A stretch of 57,100 bases of DNA from an uncultured Bacilli bacterium. GTDB taxonomy: Bacteria; Bacillota_I; Bacilli_A; RF39; UBA660. Below, piece after piece: positions 20,978 through 29,872 of the stretch (position 1 is the stretch's first letter; each line of letters begins with the position of its first letter). Location: assembly GCA_944358265.1 (NCBI GenBank), contig CALVQR010000003.1, forward strand, positions 1 through 57,100, read 5' to 3'. The notes beneath the pieces are model-generated. The model worked only from the letters and a program-made list of their open reading frames with translations. It did no database searches and was not told the origin of the DNA. Both the position numbers and the translations under genes were made by a program.

Positions 20978-22288
20978 CTATAGGGTTTTTATTTTTTTAA
21001 TATATGAACTTGCAAATATTGCACCCAATATAACATCAGGAACTAAAATACTAAATGCCCATATTTCTTTCTTTTCATTAATAGTAAGTAAATCTTTATT
21101 TAATAAACTTATTACATAACATACTAAATTCTTTTTATCATAAGTTTCTGCAATATTTTTTAATCCACCTGGTTCTAATACTTTATTGATTGATTTTTTT
21201 AAATTTAATACATCTTTATAATCATTATTTAAACTTTGTTTTTTTATTAATTTATTTACCTTTTTAGCTAATGAATTAAATGAATATACTTTTAAAATAT
21301 CAATATCAAATATATAAGCTGCAAATTCCAATGAAGTTAAAACATTTGAATTTATAGTAAATAATTCCCTATTATATTTTTTTAAATGATCTTCTAAAGA
21401 TTTTTTTGATAAATTTTCAAACGGATTAATTATAGGTAAACTCGAAAATATTTTTTTATAAGTATCTTCTAAAAAATTTTCATATTTGCTAGCTTTAATA
21501 TTTGATCCTTTTTTAAAAGCATACAAATCCCCTTCTAATTTATTAAAAGCTTTCATTGTATCTAAATATCCAAGTTTTATATTTTTGATGGAATTATCTT
21601 TATCAAAAATCATTATACCACCTAAATTATGGTTACTTTCTATATAAGTTATTTTGGCAGGTAAATCTTGATATATATTTTTTTTACCTACTGCTTTTAA
21701 ATCTATAACCACGATATCAGTCGCACCTTTTTTTATTGCCATTTGAATAGGCATATTATCAAAGTATCCTCCATCAATATAACTTTTTTTACCTATAGTA
21801 TATGATTTCATATATGGATAACATGCTGCAGAAGCCATTATATAATCATTTAAATATCCTTTAGGAATATCTTCTTTATACATTTCTATTTTTTTTAATG
21901 GTAAAAATTGTGTTGTAACAAATCCAAAATCGATTTTTGAATTTCTAACTTTTTCTTCATCAATATTATTTTCTATTAATTTTAATAAAGGCTCATACGA
22001 AGCACTTTCTCCTTGAGATATAAGTAATTTAGTAAGTTCTACCATAGAATTAGCCTTTGTTATGTCTACATTTTTAAAAGAAAATATTTGTTTCATATCA
22101 ATATTGCTCCAAATTTTATATGCTTTATTATAATCATTCATAACAATTAATGCTCCATTTAAAGCACCAACACTTGTCCCTGTAACAATATCAGGATAGA
22201 AACCTAATTTTCTAAGAGCTTTCCATGCACCTATCTGATAAGCACCTTTAGCCCCTCCTCCACATAATACAATAGCTTTTTTACCCAT
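20978..22288 (-). CDS. Patatin-like phospholipase
   Basis: GGGAKG, GTSVG, DGG motifs. Confidence 0.9.
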   Translation of the reverse strand: MGKKAIVLCGGGAKGAYQIGAWKALRKLGFYPDIVTGTSVGALNGALIVMNDYNKAYKIWSNIDMKQIFSFKNVDITKANSMVELTKLLISQGESASYEPLLKLIENNIDEEKVRNSKIDFGFVTTQFLPLKKIEMYKEDIPKGYLNDYIMASAACYPYMKSYTIGKKSYIDGGYFDNMPIQMAIKKGATDIVVIDLKAVGKKNIYQDLPAKITYIESNHNLGGIMIFDKDNSIKNIKLGYLDTMKAFNKLEGDLYAFKKGSNIKASKYENFLEDTYKKIFSSLPIINPFENLSKKSLEDHLKKYNRELFTINSNVLTSLEFAAYIFDIDILKVYSFNSLAKKVNKLIKKQSLNNDYKDVLNLKKSINKVLEPGGLKNIAETYDKKNLVCYVISLLNKDLLTINEKKEIWAFSILVPDVILGAIFASSYIKKIKTL

Positions 22289-22297
22289 TTTATCACC

Positions 22298-22639
22298 TTA
22301 TTTTCTTGTATATTTTAAATACATTAATGATCCAATAAGTACAATTAATACGTATATTATAGAAAAATATATTGAACCGATATTATAATACATAAATACT
22401 GATGGAATAAATGTCAATCCTATAACTAATGAATAATACCATTTAAATCCTTTATTTTTTGTAATTACTATACCTGATAAAAAACAATATATGGAATTTA
22501 TAAATATTACACACACTTTAGCATAATTATTTGCTGAAGATTCATCCATTAAATATCCAAATGAAGGAATTATTGAAAATATTGAAAAGCTTATTATAAA
22601 TACCCATAAAATTGATTCTATTCTATCTACTACTTTCAT
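22298..22639 (-). CDS. Small multi-TM membrane protein
   Basis: Four hydrophobic segments; overlaps the AI-2E gene. Confidence 0.7.
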   Translation of the reverse strand: MKVVDRIESILWVFIISFSIFSIIPSFGYLMDESSANNYAKVCVIFINSIYCFLSGIVITKNKGFKWYYSLVIGLTFIPSVFMYYNIGSIYFSIIYVLIVLIGSLMYLKYTRK

Positions 22640-23819
22640 TATCTTTTCCCTTCTTATTTACTTCTTCTTGTATTTCTTCATTTAATTTTATAAATTCGTA
22701 TTTATCATTGAAGTATGAGAATATTGTTTTAATAACTGCAATACATGGAACTGCAACTATCATACCAATTATTCCAAAGAATTGTCCGAATACTAATAAT
22801 GCAATAATAATTGTTACTGGATGTAATTTTAGCCCTTTACTTTGAACAAGTGGTGTAAATACCACGTTATCTAAAAGTTGAACTACGATTACACTTATTA
22901 ATGCAATTATTCCTGTCGGAACACCTTGTGTAAATCCTACTATTATCGCAGGTATTCCACCTATATATGGCCCAACATATGGAATAGCATTAGTTACCCC
23001 ACAGAAAAGTGCAAATAATATTGATGCTTTAAGTCCTCCTATAGAAAATCCTATGGCATTTCCAATAAATACTAGTGTCATTGTTAATAAAATTCCTTGT
23101 ATGTAACTAACTAATGTTTTATTAGATACATCCATTAAATTTTTAGCATCATCTCTCATTTTTCGAGGTAATATGCTTATAAATACCTTACTAACATTAT
23201 CAAAATCAAATAACATATATAATCCTATAAATAAACCAATTACAAATGTTCCAAGCCCTGATACAATAGAAGTTACAAAATTTATTACTTTATCCGGAAA
23301 CTCAACAGTTATATCTTTACCAATTTGTATTATTGAAGAATATAAATCTTCTTTAATTTGAGTAGTATTTTCGTTCAATAAAGGTTCTAAAAATCCAACA
23401 AATTTATCAAGCGTTACACTAATTTTTTTAGTAATAGATGGTACTATATTTATAAAATCATTCAACTGATCTGTAAGCATTGGTACGCTTGTAGCTAATA
23501 CCACTATTAATAATGCAATAAATACTACATAAACAAGTATAGTAGCTAAAAATCTATTAACTTTATGTTTTGTTAAAAATCTAACTAACGGATTAAATAA
23601 CCATGCCACTATTATACCTATAAAAAATGGAGTTAATATTTTTAACAATGTACCAATAAATGAAAGTATATTCCACTCTTTAATTACAAATGTTATTATC
23701 ATAATTGCTACAACAATAAGTACAAAAAATGATATTTTTAGTATTTTATTTAATAGCACAATGCCTTCATTAATCTTTTGTACATCTACAGAATCCTTTT
23801 TTGTATCTTTTTTAAACAT
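22623..23819 (-). CDS. AI-2E family transporter
   Basis: IPYVGPYIG, LHPVTIIIALLVFG..FGIIGMIVAVP. Confidence 0.9.
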   Translation of the reverse strand: MFKKDTKKDSVDVQKINEGIVLLNKILKISFFVLIVVAIMIITFVIKEWNILSFIGTLLKILTPFFIGIIVAWLFNPLVRFLTKHKVNRFLATILVYVVFIALLIVVLATSVPMLTDQLNDFINIVPSITKKISVTLDKFVGFLEPLLNENTTQIKEDLYSSIIQIGKDITVEFPDKVINFVTSIVSGLGTFVIGLFIGLYMLFDFDNVSKVFISILPRKMRDDAKNLMDVSNKTLVSYIQGILLTMTLVFIGNAIGFSIGGLKASILFALFCGVTNAIPYVGPYIGGIPAIIVGFTQGVPTGIIALISVIVVQLLDNVVFTPLVQSKGLKLHPVTIIIALLVFGQFFGIIGMIVAVPCIAVIKTIFSYFNDKYEFIKLNEEIQEEVNKKGKDNESSR

Positions 23820-23941
23820 TCTATCACTTCCTTATATTATAGTGTACCATATATTAAATGAAACATAAATAATTTCAGTAAAAAAGTGTAAAGAATTACA
23901 TTTTCTTTACTAAAAAGTCTTATTTGATAATAACACTGTAT

Positions 23942-24574
23942 TTAATTTTTATTATTTGCTAATTTTTCTATTTTATTTATTATTTCAGTATATGTTATAA
24001 GCAATATTACACTTACTATATATCCTGAAATTATATCACTTGCATAATGCACTCCTAAATAAATTCTACTTATCCCTATAAGTAATATTAACAATAATAA
24101 TAATGTTATAAATATTATTTTTATATTCTTACTTAATTTTGACTTATATATTAAATAAATTAAAAAACCATACAGAGTCATACTGCCCATTGCGTGTCCC
24201 GATGGATAACTATATCCGCCTTGAATAATTAATTTTAATACATCTGGTCTAGGTCTTACGAAAATATTTTTAAATATATTATTTAAAATACAAGATATTA
24301 TTGATATTATGCATACTTCTACTCCTATAATTTTATTTTTTATAAATACTAATATTATTATGCATAAAATTATAATTGTTTGCCAATTTGCAAAAAAAGT
24401 TATAACTTTAAAAAAAGACGTTAAACAATTGTTTGAATTGTCACTCAAAAATTCATAAATAAAATTATCAAAATTAATTATCTTATCGGTTTTTACTAAA
24501 TATGTAATTAATATAAATAAAATTGTTAAAACAATTAATATTATAAATTTTAATTTATTTTTCATTTTCTTCAC
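23942..24574 (-). CDS. PAP2 family membrane phosphatase
   Basis: K....RPRP, SYPSGH, SRIYLGVHYASD. Confidence 0.92.
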   Translation of the reverse strand: MKKMKNKLKFIILIVLTILFILITYLVKTDKIINFDNFIYEFLSDNSNNCLTSFFKVITFFANWQTIIILCIIILVFIKNKIIGVEVCIISIISCILNNIFKNIFVRPRPDVLKLIIQGGYSYPSGHAMGSMTLYGFLIYLIYKSKLSKNIKIIFITLLLLLILLIGISRIYLGVHYASDIISGYIVSVILLITYTEIINKIEKLANNKN

Positions 24575-24647
24575 CTATTTAATTATATCAAATATAAAAA
24601 ATAAAATTAAAAAAATCTAACTAAATAGTTAGTTTTAAACATCAAAA

Positions 24648-24724
24648 TGGTGACCTGTATGGGATTTGAACCCATGAATGCTGCCGTGAGAGGGCAGTGT
24701 GTTAAACCACTTCACCAACAGGCC
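24648..24724 (-). tRNA. tRNA-Glu (CTC)
   Basis: GGCCTGT..CTGCC-CTCTCAC-GGCAG..GGTTCAAATCC..ACCA cloverleaf. Confidence 0.95.
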
Positions 24725-24731
24725 AAAAATA

Positions 24732-24806
24732 TGGCTGCCCAGGTTAGATTCGAACTAACGCATAATAGATTCAGAGTCTACCGCCTTACCACTTGGCTAC
24801 TGGGCA
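24732..24806 (-). tRNA. tRNA-Gln (CTG)
   Basis: TGCCCAG..GTAGA-CTCTGAA-TCTAT..GTTCGAAT..GCCA cloverleaf. Confidence 0.95.
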
Positions 24807-24989
24807 ATGCATAAATGCATATATATTATAGCAAAAAAGACTAGATAATTCTAGACCTTTTTATTATTAACTAAACATTTTTAATATTTTTATAATTATC
24901 TACTTTACTTTTTATAATTGCAATTCTAGTTAAAATCTTTATTATAATTTTTATCCTATAATTTTACGATGTTATATACAATACATATT

Positions 24990-25130
24990 AATACTAGTTT
25001 GATTAAACCTTTTTAATAAGTATTTTCAAAATTCTTAATCATTTAATTCTCGAAAAATAGTTTTTCTCCATTCTTTTGAATAATTTCCGGAATGTTATCA
25101 CAAACCAATTTGTTATATATTTTGCATCAT
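24990..25130 (-). pseudogene. Decayed MazG-like nucleoside triphosphate pyrophosphohydrolase (COG4997-like)
   Basis: AAGGTG SD and ATG, frameshift, then IYNKLVCDNIPEIIQKNGEK, second frameshift, RELND*EF*KYLLKR. Resembles the YNKLVRDxIPEII family N-terminus. Confidence 0.6.
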
Positions 25131-25133
25131 ATA

Positions 25134-25190
25134 CACCTTAAATTTATAAAAAAGTCCAAAATTATAATTGGACTTTATTCACATATGGCA
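25134..25190 (-). repeat. Imperfect copy of the tRNA-Trp terminal TGCCA plus downstream hairpin (copy 2; copy 1 at 25560-25630)
   Basis: TGCCATATGTGAATAAAGTCCAATTA..TTGGACTTTTTTATAAAT versus TGCCAGATGTGGATAATCTCCAATTA..TTGGAGTTTTTATAAAT. Confidence 0.7.
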
Positions 25191-25251
25191 CGGAACTCGA
25201 ATGAGTTTCCAAATTTTATGAAAAACTTTCTTTTAAGTAGAGAAAGTTTAT

Positions 25252-25548
25252 CTATGCCTTTTTACTTTTTTCTTCATAAGTTTCTAATGTTTTTAAAAGA
25301 AGCATTCTATATATTTCCAATTTTTCTTTTTTACCAATTAAAGAATTATGGTATTCATCTAATGCAAGTAAATCTTCAATATCTAAATTAAATACATTAC
25401 TTAACTTATTTAATATATCATTAGATGGATTTTTCTTTCCTTTTTCTATTTCATTAATGTATGAACTTGATACTTGTGATTTTTCAGATAAGTTTTTAGT
25501 AGTCATATCATTTGCTATTCTAGTAACTCTTACTACTTCTCCTATCAT
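25252..25548 (-). CDS. XRE-family HTH regulator
   Basis: MTTKNLSEKSQVSSSYINEIEKGKKNPS HTH_3 pattern. Confidence 0.85.
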   Translation of the reverse strand: MIGEVVRVTRIANDMTTKNLSEKSQVSSSYINEIEKGKKNPSNDILNKLSNVFNLDIEDLLALDEYHNSLIGKKEKLEIYRMLLLKTLETYEEKSKKA

Positions 25549-25625
25549 AATTTAATTCCCACTTTATATTTATAAAAACTCCAATTTTTATGACATCATT
25601 TACTTAATTGGAGATTATCCACATC

Positions 25626-25699
25626 TGGCAGGGGATGAGAGAATCGAACTCCCAACAAAAGTTTTGGAGACTCCTATTATACCATTTAACTAATCCCCT
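25626..25699 (-). tRNA. tRNA-Trp (CCA)
   Basis: AGGGGAT..GGAGT-CTCCAAA-ACTTT..GTTCGATT..TGCCA. Confidence 0.95.
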
Positions 25700-25799
25700 A
25701 AAACTGGTACAAATTTATGATAACATAAAAATATCTATTTATCAATAATTATTCGTTATTTTCTTTAGTGATAAATCATATAATATATAGGAGGATTTT

Positions 25800-26228
25800 A
25801 TGGGAATTGTTGCGTATAATACAAAAGAACTTGATTTACTTGCTAGACTTATGAGAGCAGAAGCAACTGGTGAAGGTAATCTAGGTATGCTTATGGTTGG
25901 TAATGTAGGCATAAATAGAGTTATAGGAAATTGCTTAGATTTTAAAAATATAACTAGCATCTATCAAATGGTATATCAAGATCCAGGAGGTTTTTCTAGT
26001 ATAAATAGTCCATTATTTTATAGTTCTGCAAATACTACTGAAAAAAATTTAGCAAAAAGGGTTATTAATGGAGAATATTTCCACCCTGCCACTCACGCTC
26101 TTTGGTTTTATGCTCCAGGAACAGGAAATAGTTGTAGAGAGACATGGTTTAATCAAAGAAACAGTGGAAGATATAAAAACCATTGTTTTTATGTCCCAAA
26201 TCAAGGAGTATGTAAGGAATTATATTAA
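25800..26228 (+). CDS. cwlJ: Spore cortex-lytic cell wall hydrolase, CwlJ/SleB family
   Basis: LLARLMRAEA.GEG..GMLMVGNV..NR..C.DF, ALWFY, YKNHCFY; CATATAAT sigE-like -10 at 25777-25784. Confidence 0.85.
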   Translation: MGIVAYNTKELDLLARLMRAEATGEGNLGMLMVGNVGINRVIGNCLDFKNITSIYQMVYQDPGGFSSINSPLFYSSANTTEKNLAKRVINGEYFHPATHALWFYAPGTGNSCRETWFNQRNSGRYKNHCFYVPNQGVCKELY

Positions 26229-26239
26229 AAAATACCAAT

Positions 26240-27226
26240 TTAAACATTGGTATTTTTCTTTATTTGTAATTCCTGACCTATCGATAGTACATCACTTGTC
26301 AAATTATTTAACTGTTTTATGTCATTTATTGTTGTATTATATTTTCTTGCAAGAGCCCATAAACTATCTCCTCTTTGAACAGTATAAACTATTATATTAT
26401 TATTTGATACAGTTCCTGTTGGAATTATTAATGATGTTCCTATAGTTAATATATCATTTGTTAAATTGTTAGCATTTTTTATGTCTTCTACAGATACTCC
26501 AAATTTTCTAGAAATTGACCATAATGTGTCACCAAGCACAACTGTATAAATGTTTTCTTCATTTATTATGTCATTTTCTGATGGTGTTACTATTGTAGTT
26601 GAAGATGGTATTTCAATTATTTGTCCTATTGTTAAAGAATCATTTATTAAATTGTTATATTTTTTTATATCATTTACTGTAGTACCATATTGATTTGCAA
26701 TTGACCATAATGTATCACCTTTTTTTACTATATAAGATATATTAGTATCTTCCGCTTTATAATATTCTGGAACATTAAGAATTTGTCCTACATATAAAAT
26801 ATTATTTGTTAAATTATTTAACCTTTTTATATCATTTACAGATGTATTAAATTTTTTAGCAATGTTCCATAGTGTATCTCCCTTTTGAACAGTATATGTT
26901 GTTGATACTGCTGATTCTCCGTACGGAATATTTTTATACTCAGCAACTGCTTTAACTACAGCTTCTGCATATTTTTCATAGTTATTTTTTATTCTATTTG
27001 CATCTTTTTGATTATCAACAAAACCATATTCAACAATTATTGGCTCTGTTATACCTGTATTTCTGTGAATAAAATAATAATCCTTTGTATTATCACTTGG
27101 TAACCTTCTTTGATATGCTTTTCTTATAGGTTGCCCTTCTTCACTCAAATTATCAAGTATTAATTTTGATAAAGTATCATTATTTCTAAGTGCATAGATT
27201 ACTTCTGCACCTTCCCCACCTCCTGA
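26240..27226 (-). pseudogene. 3' part of an amidase_3 + 4xLysM gene split by the integrated element (5' ~80-90 codons absent from the window)
   Basis: Frame stays open upstream of the called TTG: (H-S)GGGEGAEVIYALRNNDTLSKLILDNLSEEG..IIVEYGFVDN. Colinear with paralog 18593-19939; homology stops at ~27225, 22 bp from the recombinase stop codon. Confidence 0.88.
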
Positions 27227-27250
27227 GTGTTCTTACCTCTGGCAATTTAA
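27200..27250. other. Putative hybrid att site (element/host junction)
   Basis: Minus strand ATTGCCAGAGGTAAGAACACT|CAGGAGGTGGGGAAGGTGCAG: switch from non-coding element sequence to amidase codons. Exact crossover inferred. Confidence 0.65.
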
Positions 27251-28923
27251 TCTTTTTTTTGCTTAGGTCTTCCTTTTTTTCCATAAGGATTGCGGATAGG
27301 ATGTCTATCTTCATAAGTAAAAGTTGTCGATGGTATTACATCAAATTTATATCTAATTTTAATATTTCTATCTTTATCTATTATAATTTTATCTATTAAT
27401 TTTTCATATAATTCTTTTTTAGATTTGTTTAAATCTAATAGTTCTTTTATTTTTTTTGTATAATCAGGAACAATAGATGAACTGTTTTTTATCCTATATA
27501 CTTCCATTTTTTGTTTTTCAATTTTTTCATTAACTGCTTTTAATTTTTCTTCATATTCTTTTGATAATTCTTTATACATTTCTGTTGTAATAATATCTTC
27601 ACATCTATCATCATATAATGTTGATAATCTTTTTGTTAATTTATTTTTTTCAATCTCATATTGTTTTATTTTTTTATATATTTCATCAGTGCTTTCACCA
27701 AGCTTTTTAGATAATTCTGCATTTAATTTTTTAATATTTAGTTTTTTTATATGTATGGAAATATCATTATCTATCTTTTCTAATAATTGTTCTTCTAAAT
27801 AATCATATGGATAAAAATGTGGCGAACATCTTTCTCGCTTAGGATCTCTGGAGTATCTATTACAATTAATTTCCCAATAATCTCTATTTCTTCTATAATA
27901 AACTGAAAGCCTATTACCACATTCTTTGCAATATAATTTTCCTTCAAGTAACCTCTTTGGTCTATCAACTTTTATATTATAGTGCCTATCATTATTTTTT
28001 CTTATTGATTGACAATATTCAAAAGTTTCTTTATTCACTATAGCTTCGTGTGTGTTTTCAACTATATCCCAAAGTCTTTCATCTAATGTTATTTTCTTTT
28101 TAGATTTATAATTAACTTTTGTTTGAGTATGTTGCACCATATCACCAGTATATATTCTATTTTGTAATATTTTTTTTACTGTAGAAATATTCCATTTTGT
28201 TCCATCAATTAATCTTGATGAATATGCAGTTTTCTTATAAGCACTTGGAGTCAATATTCCCTCATTATTTAACCTAGTTGCTATCTCTGATGGCCCAACT
28301 CCATTTACTCTCCAATAAAATATCTTTTTAACTATTGGTGCTGTTTCAGGATTTAAAATAAGATGTCCTTTATCTTCCGGATCTCTCATATAACCATAGC
28401 TAGGTAAACTCCCAATAAATTTTCCCTTTTTTCTTTTTTCATTTAATACATTCCTAATTTTCACAGAGTTTTGTTTACTATAGTAATCATTACATGCAAT
28501 TATAAAAGTTGATGAGTCATTGCTCGCCTGATTTTTAAAACTATCATATGATTCCAATATTGATATAAATCTTATATTATTTTCAGGAAAATATGTTTCA
28601 ATATAATAGCCAGTCATTACATGATCTCTGCCTAATCTTGATAAATCTTTTACTATTACACAATTAATAAGTTTATTTTTTATATCAGCTATTAATCGTT
28701 GAAATCCAGGCCTATCAAAATCAGTTCCAGAAAAACCATCATCAACATATTCCTTTACTAAATTATAATTATGTGTTTTAACATAATCTCTTAATAATTC
28801 CTTTTGATTAGCAACACTTTCACTATCAGATTCATATTTTTTATCTTTGTCTCTATCTTCTTGAGATAATCTTATATAGATTCCAACATTGAAATCTAAG
28901 TCGTTCAAGTAATTATTATACAT
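27247..28923 (-). CDS. Large serine recombinase (resolvase + recombinase + Zn ribbon + coiled coil)
   Basis: YIRLS catalytic Ser, DDGFSG..RPGF, VKDLSRLGRD, YGY, CKECG..C; GGAGG SD before ATG 28923. Confidence 0.95.
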   Translation of the reverse strand: MYNNYLNDLDFNVGIYIRLSQEDRDKDKKYESDSESVANQKELLRDYVKTHNYNLVKEYVDDGFSGTDFDRPGFQRLIADIKNKLINCVIVKDLSRLGRDHVMTGYYIETYFPENNIRFISILESYDSFKNQASNDSSTFIIACNDYYSKQNSVKIRNVLNEKRKKGKFIGSLPSYGYMRDPEDKGHLILNPETAPIVKKIFYWRVNGVGPSEIATRLNNEGILTPSAYKKTAYSSRLIDGTKWNISTVKKILQNRIYTGDMVQHTQTKVNYKSKKKITLDERLWDIVENTHEAIVNKETFEYCQSIRKNNDRHYNIKVDRPKRLLEGKLYCKECGNRLSVYYRRNRDYWEINCNRYSRDPKRERCSPHFYPYDYLEEQLLEKIDNDISIHIKKLNIKKLNAELSKKLGESTDEIYKKIKQYEIEKNKLTKRLSTLYDDRCEDIITTEMYKELSKEYEEKLKAVNEKIEKQKMEVYRIKNSSSIVPDYTKKIKELLDLNKSKKELYEKLIDKIIIDKDRNIKIRYKFDVIPSTTFTYEDRHPIRNPYGKKGRPKQKKD

Positions 28924-28976
28924 TTTAACCTCCAATCTTAATTACTTGATTGAAGTTAAGACAACTATATAATAAC

Positions 28977-29005
28977 ACTATATAAATATTAAAACAAAAC
29001 TGCAA
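28977..29005 (-). promoter_or_regulatory. sigA-type promoter of the recombinase
   Basis: TTGCAG-N17-TATAGT on the minus strand. Confidence 0.6.
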
Positions 29006-29006
29006 T

Positions 29007-29102
29007 TTAACCAAATTTTGCATTTTGCTTATCCTTTAAAATTTCTTCTATAAGATATCTCAATATTAAATCTTCCAAAGTTATTTTATTATTTTCTATC
29101 AT
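29007..29102 (-). CDS. 31-aa ORF, candidate recombination directionality factor
   Basis: AGGTG SD; MIENNKITLEDLILRYLIEEILKDKQNAKFG; directly upstream of the LSR. Confidence 0.5.
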   Translation of the reverse strand: MIENNKITLEDLILRYLIEEILKDKQNAKFG

Positions 29103-29118
29103 ACCAACACCTATTAAA

Positions 29119-29144
29119 ATAATATGTTATGAAAACCACATTAT
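29119..29144 (-). promoter_or_regulatory. sigE/sigK-like promoter upstream of the 31-aa ORF
   Basis: ATA-N15-CATATTAT, same spacing as the spoIVA promoter here; overlapping CATAACATA sigK-like -10. Confidence 0.45.
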
Positions 29145-29198
29145 TTATGAACCTTTCTAATTTACTAATCGTGAATTATTTAATTCTATTTTTTAATT

Positions 29199-29273
29199 TT
29201 ATTTTTGCTTATTCAATACTCCTAATAATTTTCTTTTAAATTCTTCTCTTGATACTTTCTTTTTCTTTTGCAC
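29199..29273 (-). CDS. 24-aa basic micro-ORF
   Basis: AGAAAGGA SD plus GTG; MQKKKKVSREEFKRKLLGVLNKQK. Confidence 0.35.
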   Translation of the reverse strand: MQKKKKVSREEFKRKLLGVLNKQK

Positions 29274-29410
29274 TTTATCTTTCCTTTCTACACAAAAAAA
29301 GCAATTGTTTTCCAATCGCTTAATATATTTATATAATGATTATAATATTAAAGTAGTTAAGTACTTTTAAAGATTAATTTAACCATATATTCCTCCAATT
29401 CATTATATTA

Positions 29411-29872
29411 CTACAAAATTTTATTTACTAATTTATCTAATCCTAAATATAATGCAAACTTTATGACTGCACTTTTTCTTATTTTATTTAATTCATTATT
29501 ACACATTTTATATTCTTCTTTTAAAACTGAATCTTTTTCCTTTGATATAAAAGTCTTATAAAATATTTCTTTTTCAAATATATTCAATTTATTAAATCCA
29601 TATGTAAATTTTTTAATACAAGCCCTTGCTTTTAATTCGGTATTATAATCCTTGATAAGAAACGATTCTATTTTTGAACTAGTCAATTTTCCTTGAAATC
29701 CTGTATAGTCCATTTCATATTTTGGAGTTATACGAATACTATTTTCATAATCGCCAATTGTCATCAGCAATGTTTCAATTAGATTAATAAAAATTTCTAC
29801 TATTTTCCTATATTTTGTATAATCAAATTGATCAGCAATATACTTGTTTAAAAACTCATTTTCACTATTCAT
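29411..29872 (-). CDS. ArpU/RinA-like transcriptional regulator
   Basis: Start reassigned to ATG 29872 after GGAGG; C-terminal EKEIFYKTFI..KIRKSAVIKFA..LG pattern. Confidence 0.6.
   Translation of the reverse strand: MNSENEFLNKYIADQFDYTKYRKIVEIFINLIETLLMTIGDYENSIRITPKYEMDYTGFQGKLTSSKIESFLIKDYNTELKARACIKKFTYGFNKLNIFEKEIFYKTFISKEKDSVLKEEYKMCNNELNKIRKSAVIKFALYLGLDKLVNKIL

Noticed and set aside
26240-27148. 302-aa ORF as a complete LysM protein starting at TTG
   Set aside because: Homology to the paralog continues ~26 codons upstream and the TTG lacks an SD; it is the 3' part of a split gene.
27190-27399. 69-aa plus-strand ORF across the junction
   Set aside because: Antisense to both the amidase remnant and the recombinase; no SD.
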